DNA of 64,000 nt, from IMG/VR virus record IMGVR_UViG_3300049255_000542, one strand, 5' to 3'. Position 1 is the stretch's first letter. Each line of letters opens with the position of its first letter. Source of the DNA: an uncultured virus (IMG/VR IMGVR_UViG_3300049255_000542) (taxonomy: Duplodnaviria; Heunggongvirae; Uroviricota; Caudoviricetes). The notes below the pieces were generated by a model that searched no databases, had not been told where the DNA came from, and saw only the letters and a list, made by a program, of their open reading frames with translations. Positions 1-9,682 of the stretch are shown one piece after another. The position numbers were made by a program, and so were the translations under genes.

Positions 1-999
1 ATGAAGGATGATGTCGGGAACAGGGGGCCATCGCGTCTCGCGGAGCTCGAGGAACGCCTCGACCAGCTTGAGCATCAGGTGAAGTCGCTGCAAAAAACCT
101 ACTCGCTGGTGCGTCATGCGACACGCCGGCGATGGCTGCACCCGCCATTGTGGACGTTCGAGCAGCACGCGCCGCGTTCGCTCAACCTGAAACTGCCCTC
201 CGTCGCACCGCGGATTCCCGACCCGGCGCCGGCATTCGCCATCGTAACGCCGACCATAAACTATGGCCGCTTTCTGCCCGCAACGATCGACAGCATCCTG
301 TCGCAGAACTATCCGCGGCTGACCTATCACGTGCAGGACGGCGGCTCGGACGACGGCACCGTCGAAGTGCTGGCCGGTTATGGCGACCGGCTGTCGTGGC
401 GGAGCGAGCGTGACGACGGCCAGGCCAACGCGATCAACCGCGCCTTCACCGGGGTCGATTGCGACATTATGGCCTATCTCAACAGCGACGATATCCTGCT
501 GCCCGGCTCGCTCGCGGACGTGGCGGGCGTCTTCGCGGAACATCCGGATGTCGACTTGATCTACGGCGATCGCATCTTCATCGACCAGGACGGCAACGAG
601 ATCGGGCGCGCGGTGCTGCCGAAGCACAATGCGAAGGCGCTGTATTGGGCCGACTATGTGCCGCAGGAGACCCTGTTCTGGCGCCGCAGGGTCTGGGACC
701 AGATCGGCCCGCTGGACGAGACATTCAACTATGCGCTCGATTGGGACTTCATCCTGCGAGCCCAGGCTGCCGGGCTGAAATTCCTTCACGTGCCGCGTTT
801 TCTCGCCTGTTTCCGGGTCCATGACCAGCAAAAGACGGCGATGCTGTACGATGCAGGCTGGCAGGAAATGCAGCGGCTGCGGCTGCGGTATCTCGGTCAC
901 GAACCGAGCCAGCAGGAGATAAGGCGTGCGCTGTTGCCCTATTTGTCACGCCAGCTGATCCTGCACTGGATGTTCCAGGCCGGACTGTGCAGGAACTGA
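1..999 (+). CDS. Glycosyltransferase family 2 (host)
   Basis: GT-A motifs IVTP..N, QDGGSDDGT, GQANAINRAF, YLNSDD, LDWDFILR; start lies at the window edge. Confidence 0.9.
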   Translation: MKDDVGNRGPSRLAELEERLDQLEHQVKSLQKTYSLVRHATRRRWLHPPLWTFEQHAPRSLNLKLPSVAPRIPDPAPAFAIVTPTINYGRFLPATIDSILSQNYPRLTYHVQDGGSDDGTVEVLAGYGDRLSWRSERDDGQANAINRAFTGVDCDIMAYLNSDDILLPGSLADVAGVFAEHPDVDLIYGDRIFIDQDGNEIGRAVLPKHNAKALYWADYVPQETLFWRRRVWDQIGPLDETFNYALDWDFILRAQAAGLKFLHVPRFLACFRVHDQQKTAMLYDAGWQEMQRLRLRYLGHEPSQQEIRRALLPYLSRQLILHWMFQAGLCRN

Positions 1000-1166
1000 A
1001 CAAAAAACAGGTCGCGTTGGGCGCCAAGCGCCAGACGACGAATTTGGGGGTCGGGAGTTCGCGAATCTGTTCGGCGCGCCCCTCGATAAAATCACTGACT
1101 TGGCCGGTAATCTGACGAGACTGGCGACAGCTCTTTTGGAACCCATTGTGTTGAGTTGAGGGTGGG

Positions 1167-1439
1167 TTGTGTGTACCGGCACATCCGGGTAGCTTACGTT
1201 TGAGCGGGGTGAGGCATAGATTGAGGAATCTCGCCGTGTCCAAACTTGTCCGACTGACGGCCGTAACCCTCCTCGCAGCAATCGTCTCGATGGCCCCGTT
1301 CGCCATGCGCGTCACGCACGCCGAGGAAACACATCGGCCGCACCCCCACCGACCGTATCCTCCGCACCCGTATTTCAAGTGCCCGCAACAGACACATGCG
1401 TGCGGACCACAGCAGCCCGGGGCATGTTGCTGGAACTGA
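1167..1439 (+). CDS. Small putative secreted His/Pro/Cys-rich protein (host); true start probably downstream (GTG 1236)
   Basis: Hydrophobic signal-like stretch LTAVTLLAAIVSMAPFAM followed by HRPHPHRPYPPHPY and CPQQTHACGPQQPGACC. Confidence 0.45.
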   Translation: MCVPAHPGSLRLSGVRHRLRNLAVSKLVRLTAVTLLAAIVSMAPFAMRVTHAEETHRPHPHRPYPPHPYFKCPQQTHACGPQQPGACCWN

Positions 1440-1474
1440 AAATAGCTGCCAACCGGGATCAGGTCGGCTCGGGT

Positions 1475-1490
1475 GTGGTGGGCCCGGGAG
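1475..1490. repeat. att core, left copy (GTGGTGGGCCCGGGAG)
   Basis: Identical to 58842-58857, which overlaps the 3' end of the tRNA on the minus strand. Confidence 0.92.
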
Positions 1491-1758
1491 AAGTCCCCTA
1501 TTCGTTATCGCACGGCACTTTAGCCGAAAGGTGCGGGCGAAATTGCCCCATTGAAGCGAAAAAACAATTCGCGCCGATCCCCGCACCGTCGTCACACGAC
1601 GAAATTGATCGCGCTTAAAGCGCCTCACGCCGCCAAAATCCCTGCGTTCCGTGAGCGCAAACGCGCCGGTCCACATTCGCATCGGCTGAGCGCCGGACGC
1701 GCCCACGGCCTTCCTACGGGGTGACGTCCAAGACCACCCGGTATAGCCTGCCCCGGCC

Positions 1759-1956
1759 ATGTCCGAGCCGCCCCGCCAGGTCCGCGAATTCACAATCATC
1801 GAGCCGTCCGGCCGACGCTTCAATGTCCGTTACCTCACGCCGGCGCAGAAGGTCCGCGCGGCACTCGGCATCGCCGCGCTCCTGATCGTGTCGCTCGCGC
1901 TGTGGGCGATCCAGCTGTCGCCGGTGTGGGTGCCGATCGTCGCTTGGTTCCGGTGA
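1759..1956 (+). CDS. Small membrane protein (prophage-end cargo)
   Basis: 65 aa with one hydrophobic segment ALGIAALLIVSLALWAI. Confidence 0.5.
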   Translation: MSEPPRQVREFTIIEPSGRRFNVRYLTPAQKVRAALGIAALLIVSLALWAIQLSPVWVPIVAWFR

Positions 1957-2300
1957 TCCGCGCGCCGGCGCCGCGGCGCTTCCCGCCGCCGTGGACGATC
2001 GAGGAGCACACCGAAAGCTTTTGCATCACGGACGCCGCAGGCCAGGCGCTCGCCTATGTCTATTTCGAGGAAGAGAAGGGGCGGCGCGACGTGATGCACC
2101 GGCTGACCAAAGACGAAGCCCGCAGGATCGCCGCCAACATCGCCAAGCTGCCGCAGCTGTTGCGCGGCCCCAAAACGCAAAAAAGCGCCGCCAGCCCCGA
2201 AGGGCCAGCGGCGCGCGCGACGATATGCCTGAGACGATGCGGCGAATTCTATTGTGGTTTGTTCCGTAGGCGCTCACGCTGCAATTGGTCGCGAAGGTAG
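1953..2300 (+). CDS. Hypothetical protein of a family common in rhizobial genomes (RRFPPPW...LAYVYFE...DEARRIAANIAKLP)
   Basis: Recognisable motif; GTG start overlaps the upstream stop; C-terminus may be read-through beyond the conserved part. Confidence 0.55.
   Translation: MIRAPAPRRFPPPWTIEEHTESFCITDAAGQALAYVYFEEEKGRRDVMHRLTKDEARRIAANIAKLPQLLRGPKTQKSAASPEGPAARATICLRRCGEFYCGLFRRRSRCNWSRR
2179..2216 (-). terminator. Intrinsic terminator at the end of the late/lysis operon
   Basis: Minus strand GC-rich hairpin (GCGCCGCTGGCCCTTCGGGGCTGGCGGCGC) followed by T6. Confidence 0.75.
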
Positions 2301-2710
2301 ACGATCCGATCGCGCTGTTCGTCGTAACGCTCCTGACGGATACGTTCGACCGTGGTTTCCACGGCCCCAAAGCGATGTTCGAGTTCCACACGTGGAACGA
2401 TGTCGCTCTTAAGCTGTTTTATGTCCGACTGGATAGGAGAGAGCGCTTGCGAGCCGAACAGCATGAGCACACTGACGGCGAGACTTGCGCCAGCGAAGAT
2501 CGCCACCCACGGCGTTCGCTGGCGATCGTTCAGTTGAGCCGACAGGCCCGCGACCAACGTGCGCACTTCATGCGCCAGGCTCGATACGGCCTTATCGATC
2601 TTGGCGTCGAGGCCAACGACGCTATCCTTGAGGTCGCGAACATCAGTCTCAAGTGATTCAACCTGGACGCCCAACGCGGCGACATTGAGCGACTTCGGCC
2701 TATCGTTCAT
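2249..2710 (-). CDS. Coiled-coil plus single-TM protein (lysis-module accessory)
   Basis: Heptad pattern then PWVAIFAGASLAVSVLMLFG; GGAGG RBS; last gene of the late operon. Confidence 0.7.
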   Translation of the reverse strand: MNDRPKSLNVAALGVQVESLETDVRDLKDSVVGLDAKIDKAVSSLAHEVRTLVAGLSAQLNDRQRTPWVAIFAGASLAVSVLMLFGSQALSPIQSDIKQLKSDIVPRVELEHRFGAVETTVERIRQERYDEQRDRIVYLRDQLQRERLRNKPQ

Positions 2711-2787
2711 TTCATCGACCTCCCACCATCGATGCGCGCGCCGACGCGCACTTACGCGTCGGCGCTGGTTGCTCGTCCACAGCTCGA

Positions 2788-3096
2788 TTAGCTCGAGCTG
2801 GACGTCGAGGCATCAGGATCGGGCGCAGCGCCGGCCGCGGCCGCAGCGGCTTCAAACGCCGCGTCGGTCGATGCGTCGAGCGTCGACAGTTGTGTCATCT
2901 GGTCGGCGGTGACCGCCGTGTTCGACTGCAACGCCGCGATGATGTTTTTAATCATCGGCGCGACGGTTTCGACTTCCTCGATACCGGCAGCGATGATTTG
3001 CTCAAGAGTCGAGACGATGCTGGCGATCGTGCTGGCTTCGCCTGTCACCGACGCGATCTGCGCCAGCGCGGTAAGAAGAATCGTAATGGCGCTCAT
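2788..3096 (-). CDS. Hypothetical helical protein, lysis module
   Basis: GGAG RBS; in operon; amphipathic 102 aa. Confidence 0.65.
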   Translation of the reverse strand: MSAITILLTALAQIASVTGEASTIASIVSTLEQIIAAGIEEVETVAPMIKNIIAALQSNTAVTADQMTQLSTLDASTDAAFEAAAAAAGAAPDPDASTSSSS

Positions 3097-3146
3097 GGGC
3101 CATACTCCAATGTGAGGGTTGAGACGAAAGCGGCTGCGACGGCGTT

Positions 3147-3539
3147 CTAGCTGAGGCCGTATTCGGCGAAGATCTGCTTGAGCGAGGAGATCGCGTTCTG
3201 CAGCACCGAATAGGCCGTGGCCGGGATCGGCGTCGAGCCGCCGTTACTGACCGCTGCCTCAAGCTGATTGCGGGCAATCCGGCCGGAACGGATCAGCGGC
3301 ACGATCGCGCTGACCGCCGCCTGGTTGCGGCAGAGCGTCGGCGCATTGGTGCCGCAAGCCGGAAGCTTGAGATAGTTCGTCGCCGTCTGTTCGAGGGCGT
3401 CGAAAGCGTTGGCCGCCACATAGATCGATGTCGGCGAGATCGTGGCGCCGGTCACAATGTTCCAGTCATTCTGCAGCTGGGCGCAGCCACCGAGAATGAC
3501 GACGCATGTCATCGCGGCGGCAAGAATAATCTTACGCAT
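3147..3539 (-). CDS. Lipoprotein (possible spanin-like)
   Basis: Signal peptide with lipobox ILGG-C; located downstream of the endolysin. Confidence 0.65.
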   Translation of the reverse strand: MRKIILAAAMTCVVILGGCAQLQNDWNIVTGATISPTSIYVAANAFDALEQTATNYLKLPACGTNAPTLCRNQAAVSAIVPLIRSGRIARNQLEAAVSNGGSTPIPATAYSVLQNAISSLKQIFAEYGLS

Positions 3540-3617
3540 TGCCGAAGTCCTTTCCTTGAGGGTTACGGTTCACTTTGCACGCGCCGCGGCGATGGCCGCA
3601 CGATGCACGATGGGTAG

Positions 3618-3860
3618 TTACTTCGATGGCGGCGCGATCAGCCCGGCGAAGCCGCCAGTGAACAGGCTGACAACCACCTTGAACGCGCTCACCACGCCGA
3701 TCGCGCCGGCCGTGTAGACCGGGTTGATCCAGGAGTGCGTGCAATCGAAGACGCCGCTCGCGCTGACAATGCAGCCCGAAGCGAGAAGCCCTGCCGTCAG
3801 CATCGCGAGCACGATGTTGACCACGTTCGTCACGGTATGGATGAGATTTGCATTGAGCAT
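3618..3860 (-). CDS. Putative holin (2 TM)
   Basis: 80 aa, two hydrophobic segments, next to the endolysin. Confidence 0.6.
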   Translation of the reverse strand: MLNANLIHTVTNVVNIVLAMLTAGLLASGCIVSASGVFDCTHSWINPVYTAGAIGVVSAFKVVVSLFTGGFAGLIAPPSK

Positions 3861-3877
3861 TGAGACACCTACGAACG

Positions 3878-3902
3878 AAAAAGCCCGGCGGCCGGCCGGG
3901 CG
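3878..3902 (-). terminator. Intrinsic terminator-like hairpin
   Basis: Minus strand GCCCGGC...GCCGGGC followed by TTTTT. Confidence 0.6.
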
Positions 3903-3907
3903 CGGGT

Positions 3908-4114
3908 TCAACCTTGCGGAAGTCGGTACAGCGTCACGCGCGTCGTGTGCGAAGGGTCTTCGTCATCGAGAACACGATCGGCAAAGCACCACTCGACGGT
4001 GCGCAGCCACACCCGATAGCTGAATTTTTGGTCGCGAATTTCACTGACCTGATAAGCGTCAACCGTCACCGGCCACCAAGCGAACCAGCGGCGCCAGATC
4101 CAGGTGTCGCTCAT
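3908..4114 (-). CDS. Small Trp-rich hypothetical protein
   Basis: ATG immediately follows the endolysin stop; WRRWFAWWPV motif. Confidence 0.55.
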   Translation of the reverse strand: MSDTWIWRRWFAWWPVTVDAYQVSEIRDQKFSYRVWLRTVEWCFADRVLDDEDPSHTTRVTLYRLPQG

Positions 4115-4879
4115 TCAGGCGAGGCCGAGCCGTTGCCTGAAGCGCGCGAACCATCCTGTGGCGGGCGCTATGATCGCCGCGGCCGGCGCTGCCGCCTTCG
4201 GCGCCGATGCGGCCGCCGTGCTCGAGCTCGGCGCGGGCTTGGGCGCGTCAACCGACGTGGCGCTCGCAAACGGCACGAAGCCGATCATCATGTTCGCGAC
4301 GTGCGTGGAGTCCGGATCGGTGTCGAGGCCTGCAATCTCCTGCGGGATCGCCTGCCGCATTTCATAGTCGCCTGCAGCGAGCGCCTGCTTGCTGCCGCGG
4401 AAGCCGCTTGAGCAGGTCAGCCATCGGCCGGTGATGAGCTTCGCCGCCAACAGCGACGCATTGACCGCGCCAGACGCGTAAGCCCACGTCGTGAACTTCG
4501 GCTTGATCGCCGCGCTGAACTCGGTGAATGCCGCCTTGATTCCCGGCATGTCCGCTTCCGGCGCGTCGTAGTCCACCGTGTAGGCGATGAACGCGCTGCC
4601 ATCCGTTGGCGCGCCGACTGTTGGCGCATAGGCAGCGGACCAAGCACCGTCCGCGGCGCCGACCGCTGGACCGCTCGGCTTGCCGTCGAATTCGTAGATC
4701 AAGAAGAGCCGCATCCCGCACGCCTGGAACAAGCGCGCCTCAGCCGGCTTGATGACCTTATCGCCGGACGGGTTGCGGCGGTTGAGATATCGGCCGATCG
4801 AGACGATGCCTTGCGCCTTTAGCTGCGCAAGCTTCGCGGCCGTCAGTGGAACGTCAGTGTCGATGATCGTGATGCTCAT
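4115..4879 (-). CDS. Endolysin, DUF1906-like glycoside hydrolase
   Basis: GRYLN, K.I...EA, LFLIYE, YTVDYD motifs; Ala/Pro linker; GGAG RBS. Confidence 0.75.
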   Translation of the reverse strand: MSITIIDTDVPLTAAKLAQLKAQGIVSIGRYLNRRNPSGDKVIKPAEARLFQACGMRLFLIYEFDGKPSGPAVGAADGAWSAAYAPTVGAPTDGSAFIAYTVDYDAPEADMPGIKAAFTEFSAAIKPKFTTWAYASGAVNASLLAAKLITGRWLTCSSGFRGSKQALAAGDYEMRQAIPQEIAGLDTDPDSTHVANMMIGFVPFASATSVDAPKPAPSSSTAAASAPKAAAPAAAIIAPATGWFARFRQRLGLA

Positions 4880-5112
4880 GTACCGGCTCCAAGGAAAAAA
4901 TGAAAAAGCGCGATCACCGCTGCGGCGACCATTCCGCCGATCGCGACGCCAGCGCCGATTGCGAAGCGCACAAGGCGACGTCGCCACCACGCCATCACGT
5001 CTCGATCGAGCTCGACGATCGGCGGGATGACAAAACCCACGTCACCCCATACCGCATCAGGCGGGACCTCTGGATTGAAGATGCGCGGGCTACGGCGATG
5101 CCGCACGAACAT
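4876..5112 (-). CDS. Small membrane protein (holin/antiholin candidate)
   Basis: C-terminal TM helix after RRR; stop overlaps the endolysin ATG. Confidence 0.5.
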   Translation of the reverse strand: MFVRHRRSPRIFNPEVPPDAVWGDVGFVIPPIVELDRDVMAWWRRRLVRFAIGAGVAIGGMVAAAVIALFHFFLGAGT

Positions 5113-5740
5113 TGATCGTGCCGCCGCGCGGGTTCACGACTATGGCGCCGGCGAGCGACGCGCGATGGATACGCGTCAGGTGGTGTCCGCTGTTGGCGTC
5201 GTAGAGGATAGCAGTGCCGTCGAGGTTCACGCTCTCGATGACCGCAACGTGATGATGACCGTAGACGGCCGCCATGCCCGGCGCCGGCGAAGCACGCGGA
5301 AACTTGAGCCAGTTCGCGGCGAGGAACAGTTCGCGCACGGGCTTGCCGAAGATCCGGAGTGAGGCACCGCAACCGCAGAATTCAGTGTGTGGACAGCCTG
5401 CCGGATGGCTGACGATCTGGCCAATATCGCCGACGACGCGGCCGACAAACCTTGCGACTTGGCGGACCGGCTCCTGCACGCTCGCGAACTCGCGAACTCG
5501 CGGTGGGCGTGAAGCCGATCGGCGCGGTTGCGCCTCCTGATAGCCATAGACCGGCATTGCGGCCGGCCCCGCGTAGTACGAGCGATGATCCTTATGCGAG
5601 AGCATGTAGGCGAGCCCGATGCCGAGCCCTTGCACCATCGGATGGACCGGATGGCGTTGCGTGCGTGCAGCTGCCGGCAAAGACAGCGTGGCGACAAGAC
5701 AAAAAATCAGCGTGGCGAGAACAGCTCGCATCACGTTCAC
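5090..5740 (-). CDS. Signal-peptide protein with CHAP-like Cys/His domain
   Basis: N-terminal signal peptide; FCGCGA, AANW, HVAVIE, DANSG motifs. Confidence 0.65.
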   Translation of the reverse strand: MNVMRAVLATLIFCLVATLSLPAAARTQRHPVHPMVQGLGIGLAYMLSHKDHRSYYAGPAAMPVYGYQEAQPRRSASRPPRVREFASVQEPVRQVARFVGRVVGDIGQIVSHPAGCPHTEFCGCGASLRIFGKPVRELFLAANWLKFPRASPAPGMAAVYGHHHVAVIESVNLDGTAILYDANSGHHLTRIHRASLAGAIVVNPRGGTINVRAASP

Positions 5741-5800
5741 CTCTTGGTTGTTGGCGATGTACGCCCTCAGCCCTTCACGGGCGGAAGTCAGGAGTCGCGG

Positions 5801-8014
5801 CTACGCCGCGCCAAGATCAACGTCGATTTCGACAGCGAGAGTGAAGCCGTTCCCGTAGTCGTCTTCGGTGGCGACGGTGCCCGTCACCAGACCGAAGTCC
5901 ATTGATGTTGCGACCAGCAGCGCCTCGGCGACCGGGTGATCGCTCGCGGCACCGCTCGGAATATAGGTGTACGCCGTACACGCACTGAGCTCCTGGAGTC
6001 CGGCGCCGAAGACGTTGAAGCTCTGCAATTTGATAAATAGCTCGACGCCGACGAACTGCGCCGGTAGGTCGTACTTGAACACGGTCGAGTCGAGACGCGC
6101 GAACGGTGCGCCGCTCGAATGGCTGGCGGCGGTTGTGCCGTACAGCCCGCGGTAGATTGTTGTCAGAGAATAATGGTTCGCCGTCGTGAGCGTAGCGGTC
6201 TCGAACGATATGAGCTCGCTATCCACGATGCAGAGCGTGTTGGCGAGTTGCGCATCGAGAGCGGTGCCGCTTGTCAGCGTGCCGCCACTCTCCGTGAGGT
6301 TCACAGCGAGCGTGTCAGTCGTGTCCGGGTTCGTGCCGCTGAACGACGGGAAACTTGCGGTGGTTAAGCCTTGGCGTGTGGCGCCGACCATCGACCCCAC
6401 TTGGGTATAGGTGCTGCCGTCAACCGACAGCCAGACGTTGGCTCCTCCCCAATTCGGATCGGCGACGCCGCCGCTGCCGCCCGATGCGGCAATCCACACT
6501 TGCGGCGAACCGCCCACGAGCGCGGACGGCGGCTCGAAGATGATCGGCGTGTTGACCGGATCGGGCACCACGCTCCGGTTCAACGGATTGTTCGTGACCG
6601 TTTGTGTCGGATAAAGCGTGGCGGTCGCCGCACCCAAAGGAAATTCCTCGGCCGTCACGCTCAAGAAGCCGCTCTCATCCTCCTCGATTTCGGTAAGGCG
6701 GATCGGCGCGTTCGCCAAGCCGAGGATCGTGTCGCTGACCGTGACCAGGTCCATCGGGTCGAGAAGGCAATACTCCCACGACAGCCGAAACTTGTACGTG
6801 TTGCGGATGTAGACCGCGCGCTGCAGGATCAATTGCCCGGCGACTGCCGCGACATTCTCATCGCAGATTTCGTGCGCCGTGACGGTCGGCGCGATCCTCA
6901 TTCCGTAGAGCTCGATCGCGTTTTGATCGCGTGCTTCTATCGGCGTCAAATTGTACGCGTTATCGCGCTCCGCAACTTCGAGCCGCCAGACGTTATAGGC
7001 CTCGTAGGGATCGCTGCGCGACACCTGCAGCGGATCTTCGTTGGCCTCCGCCTTGTAGTCGTCATCGCCAAGATTGTAGATCGGCGTGACGTTCGGATTG
7101 AACGTGATGCCGTTCCCGGTCACCGCCGCATCGCCATACGGAATGAACCGCAACAGGCCACCCGACCACACCGCGGCAGTGTTCGTCAATTGCAGCCATC
7201 GCGCCAAGATGCTTGACGCTTGCTCCTGGTCGATAAGCGCCGGCGAGAGCGATAGCCCCACGGCCCGACAATAAGTCTGATAGGAAGCGTCGTTGCCGCC
7301 ACCTTGCGTGAACAGCGACGTGGCGTCGATCGAGCCGCCCGGAAAGCCGACGCCGAACTGCGCATTGGTCAGGAAGTCGTTTGTGCACAGCGACGGATCG
7401 GCGTCGTAGAACCCTGTCGCCGGCGCCGGGCCAGACACAAGCGCCTGATCCGAAGAATACGCGATCTGTCCGTAGCCAGTGCCGTACTGGAGGCCCTGAA
7501 TCTCAAAGTTGTGGTTGTCGAGTGTCGCGCTATCGCCAAGGCTGTAGTCGGGCGCGCACACATAGGCCGTGCCCTGATAAGCGAGCGCCTGCGATGGATA
7601 CGCCGATGCGATGTAGCTCCATGTCGTCTGCGGCGTGGTGCCCGTGAACAGCGACAGCCCGAGCTCGGCGAGCGTGTAAGTGGACTGATTTTTCCAGACG
7701 TAATTGATGCCGATGATCGGCCCCTCGCAAAGCGCGAGGATCACGGCTGCGGTGTACGTGTAGCCGGTTATGCCGCCGCCACCACCACCGCCGCCGCCTT
7801 TGCCGCCGCTACTGCCGTATTTCCCGCCGCCGCCGTACTGCGCGATGGTCTGGAAGTTGTTGTACCAGATCACATTCGGGGCGATCTTCGACATGCCCCA
7901 CACGATCGGAATCGGCAGCGCGCTTACCGCCGTCTGAATTTGAAGACCGGTATAGTCGGGCGCAACAGCCGACGAATTACCGCCTCCGCCAAAGAGACTG
8001 CGTAGGCCGCTCAT
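5801..8014 (-). CDS. Tail tip/hub protein (Phage-tail_3-like, GTA g15/lambda J-related)
   Basis: LPIPIVWG, ILALCEGPI, LLDPMDLVTV, IYRGLYGT..ASHSSGAPFARL motifs; follows NlpC/P60. Confidence 0.85.
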   Translation of the reverse strand: MSGLRSLFGGGGNSSAVAPDYTGLQIQTAVSALPIPIVWGMSKIAPNVIWYNNFQTIAQYGGGGKYGSSGGKGGGGGGGGGITGYTYTAAVILALCEGPIIGINYVWKNQSTYTLAELGLSLFTGTTPQTTWSYIASAYPSQALAYQGTAYVCAPDYSLGDSATLDNHNFEIQGLQYGTGYGQIAYSSDQALVSGPAPATGFYDADPSLCTNDFLTNAQFGVGFPGGSIDATSLFTQGGGNDASYQTYCRAVGLSLSPALIDQEQASSILARWLQLTNTAAVWSGGLLRFIPYGDAAVTGNGITFNPNVTPIYNLGDDDYKAEANEDPLQVSRSDPYEAYNVWRLEVAERDNAYNLTPIEARDQNAIELYGMRIAPTVTAHEICDENVAAVAGQLILQRAVYIRNTYKFRLSWEYCLLDPMDLVTVSDTILGLANAPIRLTEIEEDESGFLSVTAEEFPLGAATATLYPTQTVTNNPLNRSVVPDPVNTPIIFEPPSALVGGSPQVWIAASGGSGGVADPNWGGANVWLSVDGSTYTQVGSMVGATRQGLTTASFPSFSGTNPDTTDTLAVNLTESGGTLTSGTALDAQLANTLCIVDSELISFETATLTTANHYSLTTIYRGLYGTTAASHSSGAPFARLDSTVFKYDLPAQFVGVELFIKLQSFNVFGAGLQELSACTAYTYIPSGAASDHPVAEALLVATSMDFGLVTGTVATEDDYGNGFTLAVEIDVDLGAA

Positions 8015-8466
8015 TTTTTCACAGCCCAATACGAGAAGAACCGCGGCGCGCGCTTAGGCTCCATCAGCGCACCGTTCGTTGCGACAACCTCCTCGAGCAC
8101 GCGGCGCGCCGGATGATAGGCGTGGACGATCGTGAGCGGGTTCGGCACCGAGACGATGCCGCCATGTGCATAAGTGCGGCCGTACTTGAAGACCATGACG
8201 TCGCCGGGCTGCGCGGCCGTTACCTCAGACGCGCGATCAAAGACGAAGCCGAGATAGCGTTCATCGTCCCGGTGTATGTGCCAGTCGATCGCATAGGGCC
8301 GCGGATCGAACGGCGGGCATAGGCCGGTGTCGCAAAAGACCCTGACTAGCAACATGCCGCAGTCCACGCCGGCGCCCTTTACATCGGCACAGTTGTGGTA
8401 CGGCGTGCCGAGCCAGGTACGCGCCTCCGCGACGATGGCCGCGCGTTGTTCAGCCTCCGATACCAT
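8011..8466 (-). CDS. NlpC/P60 tail-associated peptidase (GTA g14/lambda K-like)
   Basis: ARTWLGTPY, GVDCG, HGGI, IVHA motifs. Confidence 0.9.
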   Translation of the reverse strand: MVSEAEQRAAIVAEARTWLGTPYHNCADVKGAGVDCGMLLVRVFCDTGLCPPFDPRPYAIDWHIHRDDERYLGFVFDRASEVTAAQPGDVMVFKYGRTYAHGGIVSVPNPLTIVHAYHPARRVLEEVVATNGALMEPKRAPRFFSYWAVKK

Positions 8467-8797
8467 CGCGCTTTGCTTCGGCCCGTTTGGCGAGCAACAT
8501 GCCCGCGAGTTGACTGGTCTTTTCCTCAGCCGCCGTGGCGATCGCGGGATGGCCGAGTTGCGCAGCCATCTTGCGCGACTGGTCGTTGAAGTAGCCGATG
8601 AACTCGGCCGCGGTGGCATCGTCCGTGGCAACCACGAATTGCTTGGCGAGCGCCAGCACCAAAGCGGTCAGCGTGACGCTGTGTGCATTGGTGTCGACGA
8701 TCTCGCGCTGATGATCATTGGCGCGCTTGATAGGCTCGGCCCGCGGCTTGCTCGATACCGGACGGCCGCGCGTGTCGATAAGGCGATGTACGGTCAT
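8450..8797 (-). CDS. Hypothetical protein inserted in the tail-tip cluster
   Basis: Fills the gap between DUF2163 and NlpC genes in operon orientation. Confidence 0.55.
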   Translation of the reverse strand: MTVHRLIDTRGRPVSSKPRAEPIKRANDHQREIVDTNAHSVTLTALVLALAKQFVVATDDATAAEFIGYFNDQSRKMAAQLGHPAIATAAEEKTSQLAGMLLAKRAEAKRDGIGG

Positions 8798-8806
8798 GCG
8801 CTTTTC

Positions 8807-9682
8807 TCAAATCGCCATCTGCGGCGGCGGCACATAAGGAAAGCCCCGGAAATTGCCGAGGTTGTTAAACTTCGAGTTGCAGGTTCCCGGCGTGTGATCG
8901 CAGCCGAAGTAGACCGTGAAGCCGTCGCCAGTCGCCGGTGTGCTCTGCAGCGGATAGCCCAGCGCCATAGAGACGCCGGCGACCACGCTCATCACGTTGG
9001 CGGTGACCCCCGCGTTCACCCCCGACGTGAAGGTGATCGACCCCTGCTGATAGTTTGCGCTCGCACCCGACCACTCGATGACGCCGGCAGTGGATCCGGC
9101 AGCGCACGTGCCGTTGGTGCCGAACGCGTTTTTGACCAGCGTGCACCCGGAGTCGTAGAGCGTGTGGAGGCACGTCGGCTGATAGACATCGCGCGGCATG
9201 TCGATGTCGAGGAGCACAAGGTCAGAGTTGACCGTGAGCTTCGCCGACGTTCGGCCGATCTGGTCGACGTTGCCGAGGCGCCCCTTGAACAGCGTCACGG
9301 CACCGATCGCGGTGCCACCGATCCTGTCGGAAAAGAATATCCGGTAGCGTTCGATCTCGCAGCCGTCGAAGGAGCCGTCACGCAACGCCTGCAGGAACGG
9401 TGCGCCGCCCGATATCGTGTCAGTGGAACGGGCAGCGACCGTGATCTGCTGTTGATCGACTTCGAGCCCGACCGCGGCCTTGTACTTGAGGCCGTCAACC
9501 AAGATCGAATTCGCGAGATACGTGTTCCCGTTGTACGTGAACGTCACGTCCACGTTGGTGTAGCAAAGGATCAAGCCGGTTCGCATCGTGAAGGTGAACG
9601 CATCCGCCATGAACAGCGGGACGTCCGGGCTCGCGCGCGCCGCATTGAGATAGGTGATGAGCGCCGACGAAGTCGGCTTCAT
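8807..9682 (-). CDS. DUF2163/BR0599-like tail hub protein (GTA g13-like)
   Basis: YQPTCLHTLYDSGC and GCDHTPGTCNSKFNNLGNFRGFPYVP Cys motifs. Confidence 0.9.
   Translation of the reverse strand: MKPTSSALITYLNAARASPDVPLFMADAFTFTMRTGLILCYTNVDVTFTYNGNTYLANSILVDGLKYKAAVGLEVDQQQITVAARSTDTISGGAPFLQALRDGSFDGCEIERYRIFFSDRIGGTAIGAVTLFKGRLGNVDQIGRTSAKLTVNSDLVLLDIDMPRDVYQPTCLHTLYDSGCTLVKNAFGTNGTCAAGSTAGVIEWSGASANYQQGSITFTSGVNAGVTANVMSVVAGVSMALGYPLQSTPATGDGFTVYFGCDHTPGTCNSKFNNLGNFRGFPYVPPPQMAI

Noticed and set aside
1057..1072. Alphaproteobacterial LexA box
   Set aside because: GTTC-N8-GTTC rather than N7
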